64,000 nt of DNA from Candidatus Kryptoniota bacterium. Its GTDB lineage: Bacteria > Bacteroidota > Ignavibacteria > Kryptoniales > JAKASW01. A program made the position numbers and the translations under genes. Where the stretch lies: NCBI GenBank assembly GCA_046705025.1, contig JBJKQU010000043.1:104961-168960 (forward strand), read 5' to 3'. Positions within the stretch are counted from its first letter, which is position 1. Each line of letters starts with the position of its first letter. This document shows positions 30,810 through 39,380 of this stretch, piece by piece. The notes under the pieces were generated by a model that was given only the letters and a program-made list of their open reading frames with translations, was not told the DNA's origin and ran no database searches.

Positions 30810-32345
30810 ATGCCCTACGCGATAGAACTTCTGAATATCACCAAACGCTTTGCGCGCACGGTTGCGAACGACGACGTTACCCTGAGGGTGCAGTCAGGAT
30901 CGATCCATGCCCTCGTGGGTGAAAACGGGGCCGGTAAAACCACACTTATGGAAACCCTCTACGGGTTATACCAGCCCGACGCCGGCAAGATCAAAATCCA
31001 CGAAAAAGAAATCGCCATTAAGTCTCCCCACGATTCCATCCGGCTCGGCATCGGGATGGTGCATCAACACTTCATGCTCGTTTCCCCGCTGACGGTCCTT
31101 GAAAATATCGTTCTCGGTGCAGAAACGACCAGGTATTCAGTCCTCGATCTCAAGAAGACCACCGCCGAGATATCGGAGATGGCCGGCAGGTTTTCTCTGT
31201 CGGTCCCCCTCACTGAAAAAGTCGAAAACGTCGGAGTGGGAATCCAGCAGCGAGTGGAGATCCTCAAAGCAATTTACAGAAAGGCAGACATACTCGTCCT
31301 GGACGAGCCGACTGCGGTCCTAACACCGCAGGAGTCCGTACAGTTGTTCAGAATCCTGTCTGAACTCAGAGGAGAAGGGAAAACGATCGTCCTCATAACT
31401 CACAAGCTTAACGAAGTCATGGAGATCAGCGACCATGTGTCGGTTATGCGCAAGGGAAAGATCGTAGGCAACGTCGAAACAGCAAGAACCAACCCGCAGG
31501 AGCTTGCACAGATGATGGTGGGAAGACCTGTGCTGCTCCGAGTCGAGAAACCCGAAAAGAAAGCCGGCGAGCCGGTTTTGATAGTCAAAGACCTCTCATA
31601 TATAGACCGTCGCGGAATCGGTGTATTGAAGAACGTTTCGCTCGAACTAGCCTCCGGAGAGATACTCGGAATAGCGGGTGTCGAGGGGAACGGACAATCA
31701 CAGCTTGTCGAGTGCATTGCCGGTCTGCTGAAGCCCGCGTCCGGCTCGATTACAGTTGAGGGTGTTCAGATAGCAGGACTTGGATCTAGAGAAGTTTTCG
31801 CGCGGGGCCTTGCACACGTGCCGGAGGACCGGATCAAGCGCGGACTCGTCATCGACATGGACGTAAAAGAAAACCTGATATTGGGGTTGCAGACACAGCC
31901 TCGATACGGTTCGCTCCTTTCGATGAACAGGAAGGCGATAACAGAAAATGCGAAGATCCTTATCACGAAATATGATATTCGGCCCACAAATCCGGACGCT
32001 CTCGCCCGCGGCCTTTCGGGCGGAAACCAGCAAAAAGTAATAATAGCGAGAGAACTCTCCCGCAATGCTCAAGTGATCGTCGCCAGCCAGCCGACACGCG
32101 GCGTGGATATAGGCGGGATCGAATTCATACACCGAACACTGGTCGAGGCTAGATACGCCGGAAAGGCAATCCTCCTTGTCTCCGCCGATCTCAACGAGAT
32201 CCTGAGCCTTTCAGACAGAATAGCAGTGATGTACGGCGGGCAGATAGCCAAGGTCTTCCCCGACAACAAAGTGGAGGAAAGCGAGCTTGGACTTTATATG
32301 ACGGGTTCAAAGGTCAGCGCCGGACAAAAGGCTTCCGATGGCTGA
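30810..32345 (+). CDS. Nucleoside/sugar ABC transporter ATP-binding protein (tandem domains)
   Basis: GENGAGKT, MVHQHF, LSGGNQQK, QPTRGVD. Confidence 0.95.
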   Translation: MPYAIELLNITKRFARTVANDDVTLRVQSGSIHALVGENGAGKTTLMETLYGLYQPDAGKIKIHEKEIAIKSPHDSIRLGIGMVHQHFMLVSPLTVLENIVLGAETTRYSVLDLKKTTAEISEMAGRFSLSVPLTEKVENVGVGIQQRVEILKAIYRKADILVLDEPTAVLTPQESVQLFRILSELRGEGKTIVLITHKLNEVMEISDHVSVMRKGKIVGNVETARTNPQELAQMMVGRPVLLRVEKPEKKAGEPVLIVKDLSYIDRRGIGVLKNVSLELASGEILGIAGVEGNGQSQLVECIAGLLKPASGSITVEGVQIAGLGSREVFARGLAHVPEDRIKRGLVIDMDVKENLILGLQTQPRYGSLLSMNRKAITENAKILITKYDIRPTNPDALARGLSGGNQQKVIIARELSRNAQVIVASQPTRGVDIGGIEFIHRTLVEARYAGKAILLVSADLNEILSLSDRIAVMYGGQIAKVFPDNKVEESELGLYMTGSKVSAGQKASDG

Positions 32346-33429
32346 CAAAGCCGGAGGAAAACGGCACTGGCTGGAACACCCGGCGACGCAGAACTTTCTC
32401 ATACCGATCTTCGCGGTAATCCTGTCGTTCGCCGTCGGCGCAATATTCATAGTCATAGTCGGGCAAAACCCGTTCGAGGTCTACTCTGTGCTTTTCTCGC
32501 AAACCCTCGGAACATCATATGGGGTCGGACAGCTTCTGTTCAAGACGACACCGCTGATTTTTGCCGGGCTTTCGGTCGCGATATGCTTCAAAGCCGGGCT
32601 CTTCAACATCGGCGCAGAAGGCCAGTTGCAGATCGGTGCATTCATGACGGCACTCGTCGGGATGTACACTGTCGGCGTTCCTGCGTTCCTGGAAGTGCCA
32701 CTTCTGATCCTCGCCGGCATGGTCGGCGGCGGAATCTGGGGATTCATACCCGGCTACCTTAAAGCAAAAACCGGGGCACACGAGGTGATCAACACCATAA
32801 TGCTCAACTTCGTCGCGGCGGCCCTCGTAAGCTTCTTCGTGACGAACCTCTTCAACGTACCGGCGACAGTGCACACTCCTTCCATTGCCTCGACCGGAAG
32901 GATACCCCGGTTTGACGCGCTATTCTCCGGTTTTGAGGGGTCCCCGGTCAATTTCTCGATAGTGATCGCCCTGCTCGCGGCGCTCTTCGTGTGGTACTAC
33001 ATAGACAAAACGAGGTACGGCTATGAGCTAAGAGTCGTAGGTTTGAACTCGAAGGCAGCGGAGTACGGCGGCATCAGCGTCTCGAAAAACATAATCCTCA
33101 GTATGACGATCGGCGGGGCGATAGCGGGGCTCGTCGGAACGAACTACGTAATGGGTTACAAATACTATTTCGAGGAAGGCTTCTCGACCGGCACAGGATT
33201 CATGGGAATCGCGGTTGCGCTTCTCGGGAACAATAACCCGTTCGGAGTCATACTCGCGGCACTTCTCTTCGGGATGCTCGAATACGGCGGACTCGTCATC
33301 AATACTATGGTTCCGAAGGAATTGGTGAACATACTTCAGGCGATCGTGATCATTTTCGTTATCTCGTCCAACAAGATCTTCCGGAAGATACTCGTGAACT
33401 TCCTGAAAAAAAGGACACTGAGCCTTTAA
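32338..33429 (+). CDS. Nucleoside ABC transporter permease
   Basis: GLFNIGAEGQ, EVINTIMLN, GIAVALLG. Confidence 0.93.
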   Translation: MADKAGGKRHWLEHPATQNFLIPIFAVILSFAVGAIFIVIVGQNPFEVYSVLFSQTLGTSYGVGQLLFKTTPLIFAGLSVAICFKAGLFNIGAEGQLQIGAFMTALVGMYTVGVPAFLEVPLLILAGMVGGGIWGFIPGYLKAKTGAHEVINTIMLNFVAAALVSFFVTNLFNVPATVHTPSIASTGRIPRFDALFSGFEGSPVNFSIVIALLAALFVWYYIDKTRYGYELRVVGLNSKAAEYGGISVSKNIILSMTIGGAIAGLVGTNYVMGYKYYFEEGFSTGTGFMGIAVALLGNNNPFGVILAALLFGMLEYGGLVINTMVPKELVNILQAIVIIFVISSNKIFRKILVNFLKKRTLSL

Positions 33430-34343
33430 TGATTAGCCAGTTATTTTCGCTCGCTTTCCTCGCACAGACCGTCAGGATTACTGTCCCTTATTCGCTGGCG
33501 TCCCTGGGAGGCGTATACAGCGAGAGAGGCGGAGTGGTAAATATCGCTCTCGAAGGGATTATACTTAACGGCGCCTTCTGCGCAACTGTCGGGACATACT
33601 ACACGGGCAGCCCCCTGTTCGGGGTAATCTGCGGCATAGCCGGCGGTCTCCTAACTGCCCTTATTCACGCAGTGGTCTCGATACATATCAAGGCCGATCA
33701 AATAATTTCGGGAATAGCGATAAACCTTTTCGCAGTCGGCATCACGAAGTTCGTGTTGGAAATACTCTTTCATAGCTCCAGCAACTCACCGAGAATAGTC
33801 GGCCTTCCCCACATAAAACTCGGATTCATAGAGAATCAGCCTGACGTGGCGCACCTGCTCGGAAACCCGCTCGTTCTTGTCACGATATTCATAGTCATCG
33901 CCAGTCAGCTCATAATCTTCAAGACACGATTCGGATTGAGGCTCAGGTCGGTTGGGGAGAATCCTGAAGCTGCCGACACGGTAGGAATCAGTGTGACCCT
34001 ATACAGATATTACGGCGTCCTCATAAGCGGCGTGCTGGCAGGCCTCGCAGGCGCCTGGCTTGCTTTCGACCAGCATTCGTTCACGGACGGGATGTCTGCC
34101 GGCCGCGGATATATTGCGCTGGCCGCCATGATCGTCGGAAAATGGAACCCGCTTGGAGCAGCTGCAGCCTGCCTCTTGTTCGGATTCGCCGAGAGCCTCC
34201 AGATACAGTTGCAGGGGGGTGGTTTGCCGACACAATTTATCCAGATGATACCCTACATTGCAACGATAGTTGTGTTGGCAGGATTTATCGGAAAAGCTGT
34301 CGCTCCCGGAGCGGACGGAATTCCATATGAGAAGGAAAAGTGA
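33429..34343 (+). CDS. Nucleoside ABC transporter permease
   Basis: SERGGVVNIALEG, GENPEAAD, GRGYIALAA. Confidence 0.93.
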   Translation: MISQLFSLAFLAQTVRITVPYSLASLGGVYSERGGVVNIALEGIILNGAFCATVGTYYTGSPLFGVICGIAGGLLTALIHAVVSIHIKADQIISGIAINLFAVGITKFVLEILFHSSSNSPRIVGLPHIKLGFIENQPDVAHLLGNPLVLVTIFIVIASQLIIFKTRFGLRLRSVGENPEAADTVGISVTLYRYYGVLISGVLAGLAGAWLAFDQHSFTDGMSAGRGYIALAAMIVGKWNPLGAAAACLLFGFAESLQIQLQGGGLPTQFIQMIPYIATIVVLAGFIGKAVAPGADGIPYEKEK

Positions 34344-35152
34344 AAGAGCCGAATCAATCACCGTTCCCAGGATCGTCTGAATACATCAACAAGCTTTTCA
34401 AGGGCACGGGCCACGATATCGCCATCGTCCTCGGCAGCGGGCTCGGCGGATTCGCTAACCATCTGTCGGATATAGTCACCCTGAGAACCTCAGACATCCC
34501 GGGCTATCCCCGCTCTACGGTCGCAGGGCACAGCGGGGAGATCATGAGCGCGAAGCTGGGCGGCAAAAGGATAGTGGTCTTCAGCGGCAGAGTGCATTAC
34601 TATGAATCTGCTTCCTCGACGAACGGTGCTGTCACGGCGATTATCTCGCATGAACTGGGAATACCCAGAATCGTCCTTACCAACGCTGCGGGGATCCTGA
34701 ACGAGTCGTTCAATCCGGGCGACCTGATGCTCATAAAAGACCAGATCAATTTCACTTTTAGAAATGTGCTTATCGGCCTGAGACCGCATCCCGTAAGTCT
34801 GCAGCCTGTCTATAGCGAGCACCTGGCCGACAAAGCCTACGCTGCGTCTGAGAAGTCGGGGGTTAACTTGAAGTCCGGTGTCTACATCGGACTGACGGGG
34901 CCTTCCTACGAAACACCCGCAGAGGTCAGGGTCTACAGGAACCTTGGGGGTGACGCGGTCGGGATGTCGACGGTTCAGGAGGCCATTTTCGCGAAGTCCG
35001 CAGGGATGGAGGTTGCAGGCATCAGCTGCCTCACCAACTACAGCACGGGAATCACATCACAGAAGCTTTCCCACGAAGAGGTAACTCAGATCGGGGCAAG
35101 GGTAGACAAAAAGTTCTCACGATTGTTGACGGCGTTTGTCGAACTACTGTAG
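34340..35152 (+). CDS. punA: Purine-nucleoside phosphorylase (trimeric type)
   Basis: VLGSGLG, GRVHYYE, GPSYETPAE, VGMST. Confidence 0.94.
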   Translation: MKEPNQSPFPGSSEYINKLFKGTGHDIAIVLGSGLGGFANHLSDIVTLRTSDIPGYPRSTVAGHSGEIMSAKLGGKRIVVFSGRVHYYESASSTNGAVTAIISHELGIPRIVLTNAAGILNESFNPGDLMLIKDQINFTFRNVLIGLRPHPVSLQPVYSEHLADKAYAASEKSGVNLKSGVYIGLTGPSYETPAEVRVYRNLGGDAVGMSTVQEAIFAKSAGMEVAGISCLTNYSTGITSQKLSHEEVTQIGARVDKKFSRLLTAFVELL

Positions 35153-35404
35153 GCTTATCACCCATATCGTGGAGACTCCGGATCCCCGGCTGAATTTCCG
35201 ACTGACCGGTACCCCATCTGCCGGCCTGTTCGCCCCAATGAAAGAATCGACCGGTGTTTCGTCTATACGTATTCTAATAATCTCGAGCTCAAAACCGCCT
35301 GACATAGTCCTAAAGCTGCAGAAAAAATAAGAGAAGAGTGAGTCCCCTATGACGGCATTGCCGACAGAAACAGGCCTTCACTCTCCTGGTGCGACAAACG
35401 CGAC

Positions 35405-35896
35405 TCACTTCTTCGCGTCCACAGAGCGAAGGTACTCAAGCACAGCCCGAGCATCCTGCTTCGTTATTCCCGGTACAATCATTGGAATGTGATATTCATT
35501 AAGGAGCGCCTTTGCGGCAGGATCCTTCGCCTCCATCACTGTGCTGTTTAAAATGAAGTTCATTATCCACTCGGGGCTCCGGCGATTCGTAACGCCTTTC
35601 AGCGCCGGGCCGACAAGTCGTGAGTCCAGCTGGTGACAGGACATACATCTCGCGTCAAAAACACTTTCGCCCTTTCCGGCAAGCTTCTTGTTAATGGGAC
35701 CAAGCTTAAGTTCTTTAATTGGACCGATTCCGAGGTCCTCGTTCTTGCTTTTTGTCGCCTTCTTCGCCTTCGTCGAATCCTGAACCTTAGTCTGATCCTG
35801 TTTCGTTCCAGAAGTCGTAACGGCCTGCTTGGCGGTAGGGGTATAGAAAGCAGCACCGATAAAAAGGACAAAGACGAGCGATGCTAATTGTTTCAT
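35405..35896 (-). CDS. Periplasmic monoheme cytochrome c (Rhodothermus marinus cytochrome c-like)
   Basis: Signal peptide, IGPIK, CMSCH, VGPALKGVTNRR, EY..PM, ARAVLEYLR; start at ATG 35896 after a GGAG RBS. Confidence 0.9.
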   Translation of the reverse strand: MKQLASLVFVLFIGAAFYTPTAKQAVTTSGTKQDQTKVQDSTKAKKATKSKNEDLGIGPIKELKLGPINKKLAGKGESVFDARCMSCHQLDSRLVGPALKGVTNRRSPEWIMNFILNSTVMEAKDPAAKALLNEYHIPMIVPGITKQDARAVLEYLRSVDAKK

Positions 35897-36151
35897 TTGT
35901 TTCTTTCTCCAGATTGATAGTAAATAATGCCGCCGCGTCTGAACCCGCCTCATGCCGGAAAGTTCCGCTCAATGCGCGGCGGTGAAATTCCTCGGCCATG
36001 ACTATGACTTCAAGTGTCTCATGGGCTCCTCCAGCTACAGACTCAGCGATGTTCCAAAGCGGTTCTGCAATTTAAGCAACGAACTCATGCCGTACATCCG
36101 ATGCCGCCTCGCGGTTCATCCTGGATGAGGCGGCGCACCCAATGACGCAAT

Positions 36152-36177
36152 GCCGGGACCCTTTCGCGGGCCCCGGC
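36152..36177 (-). terminator. GC-rich hairpin downstream of cyc2 (terminator or mRNA-stabilising stem)
   Basis: Minus strand GCCGGGGCCC-GCGAAA-GGGTCCCGGC; no U-tract. A second stem GCCGCCTC/GAGGCGGC lies at 36103-36134. Confidence 0.45.
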
Positions 36178-36231
36178 TTGCACAACATGAGTCCTGAATT
36201 TGATGTTAACTTTTACTCGCTTCAACCGATC

Positions 36232-37578
36232 TTACAGTAGGAACCACCAAGTAACGTAAAGCGTGTTATTGTCGGCGGCAGTTCTTCCGAAACCGTCATA
36301 ATTCGTGCTGCTTCCATTGAAGCTGCTATACATCACATATTGCAATGCTAATCTTGTGTTCTGCCACGGGTTGTAAGCCAATTCAGCTGTCAGACCACTG
36401 CTGTTCGGGCTTCCGGACAGGCTGCCGTCGACCGGATCGGGGGCGTAAAGTATGTTGTCGCTCGAGCCCGATGTATTGAAATACTGAAGCATGACGGCAA
36501 GTCCGCGGCAAAATGAAAATGCCCCGTCGACCCGGAATGTATTCAGCGCATTATTAAGGTTTTGGGAGGCACCTGCCGCATAGCTCGCATTGAGCTGCTG
36601 GTTTTCGTGAATCCAGGTGGAATGGAGAACCAACTCGTCGCTGCCAATCGCCTGCTCTAACTGGAAGTCCAGAGCAATATCGGTATAGTTGTCAGTAAGT
36701 CCGCTGATCCCGCCGGGAAAAATGTCCGCTGAAAGGCCGTACGTCCCTATTTCGGCGTAAGTGGTTGACCACTGCTTTTGGAGAGCCACTCTCCAGTATG
36801 GAGCAATTCCGTTTATCGTGAACTGAGAGCCGGAACCCGCAGGAAAAGGCCCACCCTGAGGAGTCGACTTGTAGCCCGAGAGGTCGGCATAGACAAGGTT
36901 ATCATACATCCCGTACGCTCCAAGTCCAGCAACGTTCCCGCCAAGTGCTCCGTCGACCAATGCTGCCGCGCCAGGAGTCGGTGCCGTGCCTGAAGAGGAG
37001 TACGGAAAACCCCAGGCCGGCGTGCTGTTCCAAAGATCTTCGACCGTCGGATTATTGTTCAGGTCAATCCCATAGTCGATCTCATGATTGGAGATGAAAC
37101 CCTGGTTCGAATAACGTATGTCTGTGTTGTCCCATCCGAATGCGGCTCCCTGATCATCGTAGGTAATCTGGGTGAATGCTCCGATATGGGGCGTAATCTG
37201 GCCGCCCAGAAACAGACTAAGCTGCTGGGGAAACTCGAAACTGCCGGTCTTCGTACCCGGCTCCGGCTTCGCGACGTTGTTATACGAGGTCTGAACCATT
37301 GCCGACATAAGGAAATTCTTCAAAAGGCTTAGGGCACCCTGATCGCCTTTGGCCGAATCGCTTATGGTTTGCCTCGTCGTCAACGTGTAGCCGTTGAGTT
37401 TGAATTTTCTCCCGAACGGGGTGAGCTCCGGGTAAGTATAGTGGCATGAACTACAAGGTAAGTTGGTTTGGCGTGCATAACTCGGTATCGCATAAGCATC
37501 AACCGGCAGCACCGATGAAACAGCAAATAATGCTCCGAACAAAAGCAGAGCACCTTTCTTTCCGTAATTTGAGAACAT
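36232..37578 (-). CDS. cyc2: Cyc2-family outer-membrane cytochrome c-porin fusion (candidate Fe(II) oxidase)
   Basis: Signal peptide, then AIPSYARQTNLPCSSCH..PELTPFGRKFKLNGY, followed by a beta-barrel region (FPQQLSLF.GQITPHIG, NNNPTVEDLWN, APYWR, SGSP, PWQNTR). Start at ATG 37578 with AGGA RBS. Confidence 0.9.
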   Translation of the reverse strand: MFSNYGKKGALLLFGALFAVSSVLPVDAYAIPSYARQTNLPCSSCHYTYPELTPFGRKFKLNGYTLTTRQTISDSAKGDQGALSLLKNFLMSAMVQTSYNNVAKPEPGTKTGSFEFPQQLSLFLGGQITPHIGAFTQITYDDQGAAFGWDNTDIRYSNQGFISNHEIDYGIDLNNNPTVEDLWNSTPAWGFPYSSSGTAPTPGAAALVDGALGGNVAGLGAYGMYDNLVYADLSGYKSTPQGGPFPAGSGSQFTINGIAPYWRVALQKQWSTTYAEIGTYGLSADIFPGGISGLTDNYTDIALDFQLEQAIGSDELVLHSTWIHENQQLNASYAAGASQNLNNALNTFRVDGAFSFCRGLAVMLQYFNTSGSSDNILYAPDPVDGSLSGSPNSSGLTAELAYNPWQNTRLALQYVMYSSFNGSSTNYDGFGRTAADNNTLYVTWWFLL

Positions 37579-38832
37579 TGTTATGGTCCTTCGTTTTGTT
37601 ATAGCACTATGTAATCGTTCTTCCGCTCGGCGTTTCTCTGATCGAATCATCGAAATGACCGAAACACACTCTCTCTTCACACATATGGTGAATGACAGCG
37701 AGTCTTGACAAATTCAGATGGCGGAACACACAGAGCGGGCAATCATCTTCCTGTCCACGCCATGAGTCTTCTCTTCCCTGACTCCTGAACATATCAAAAC
37801 CGACAACATAAAGCGCATGGTGCCTCAGTCAATCTGATTCTGCTCAACGGTTCCGAGCGGGAAACCGAAAGATGGCGGCAGAATGTCAACTATTATGAGA
37901 ATGAGGTCAATAAGCATGCCGCATAAACAGGCTGAAATCACGCAAAAAAAGGTAGCCAATCTGCACGTTGCAGTCAAGAGACGGGACTCTGCGGGGCATT
38001 CTCCCCCACCGTAACGTCGAATCTCACGACCATTTTCAAGCGAGTCCTCGGCCTGTTTACCAACTCTGGTTACGTTTCTGATTAACGCACCGGGTAGAGG
38101 GAACGTTTCTCAGCGCGACAAACAGTGCGCTTTTCGCCGATCTCGGGCACATTTGGTCCGAGTGAATCTGGTTTCTGCTTCTCTGTTGAGTCGGAAACCT
38201 CACGGATTAAACGGAGTGAAATCCCCAGCCAACCCTTTTGAAAGCTAAATCTACACATTCTCTTGGCGTTTCAGGTCCAAATGGAACATTTTGACACAAA
38301 AACCTGTTGTTTAATTCTGTACGATTGATTATATATCGTCGAGGATTGACAGCCGAGAAAATACAGAGCAGATTCACAAAATGATATTGTTAGTTACCTT
38401 CTCCGATTTGTTGCCGGGGGGGGTTTTTCATGTTAGTAACAGCAAATCGACACCGATCCGATGTGCCGCAAACTTTCTCCGAAGGCAATGTTGACATACG
38501 ACATTTTCCCGGCATCGTGCCGCCTAACGCCGCTCGGGGAACACCATTGAGCGGATATCGTTTTAGGATTGAATGTGAACCGCTTATAGACGTGCTGGCA
38601 TTCGCACACCGGTTCCCGACAAGTGAAACGACGAGACGTTACGGATGTTAGTCTGTACGGCTCCGCTCGCTTGCGAGAGATATCGTCCGGGTGAAGAACG
38701 CGCGGTACTCCACCCCGTTCACGCCGTAAGATATGCCACAAGACGGCCGCTTAGTCCTGGTCTTCGAATCAGTTTTGAAACTTCAAGGGCTAGCGGCATA
38801 CAACAAAGAAAACAAATCTCAAAGGAAGGGCT

Positions 38833-39369
38833 ATGGCAAACAGAGAAGATCCCCAACTACCAGAAAAGATTGATCCATCACGCCGAAGCTTTCTTAAAAT
38901 CAGCACGAACGTCATCGCAGGGTTTGCAACTCTCATCCTTGCGATTCCCTTTTTAGACGCCCTCATCAGCCCATCACTCAGAGTCAAAGTCGGAAGATTC
39001 GTCAAAGCAGGTCCTGTTTCAGTGCTTCCGGACGATAACCCGCATAAGGTCTTTTTCGACGAGCGCGAGAAAGACGCCTACATTGAACAGACAGAAAGGC
39101 GGGATGTTTGGGCGATCAAACATACTTCATCGGAAGTCACAATTTTCTCGCCGATTTGTCCTCACCTCGGTTGCCGCTACAATTGGCTCCCAACCGAAGA
39201 AATCTTCGCATGCCCATGTCACGGAAGTGAATGGACAAAAGAGGGAAAGATTTTACGCGGTCCGACCCCGCGCCCTCTCGACACCCTTCCTCACAAGATC
39301 GAGGAAGGTGACCTTTATGTGAAATGGGAACGATTCAAACTCGGCGTTCCTAAGAAGATCGTAATATAG
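38833..39369 (+). CDS. Rieske iron-sulfur subunit of a Rieske/cytochrome b complex
   Basis: Tat motif SRRSFLK plus TM; CPHLGC and CPCHGS boxes; GPTPRPL. Confidence 0.96.
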   Translation: MANREDPQLPEKIDPSRRSFLKISTNVIAGFATLILAIPFLDALISPSLRVKVGRFVKAGPVSVLPDDNPHKVFFDEREKDAYIEQTERRDVWAIKHTSSEVTIFSPICPHLGCRYNWLPTEEIFACPCHGSEWTKEGKILRGPTPRPLDTLPHKIEEGDLYVKWERFKLGVPKKIVI

Positions 39370-39380
39370 GAGGAACGCAA

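Noticed and set aside
36075-36092. Sigma54-like CGGCATG...TTGC upstream of the cytochrome c gene
   Set aside because: GG-to-GC spacing is 12 nt rather than the required 10.
37607-37792. 61-aa ORF upstream of cyc2 with CPLC and HHMCEERVCF (hemerythrin-like fragment?)
   Set aside because: Resemblance limited to a few residues; cannot be supported without a search.
38321-38340. FNR-like TTGAT...ATCG in the Rieske upstream region
   Set aside because: Spacing is off by one and the second half-site is poor.
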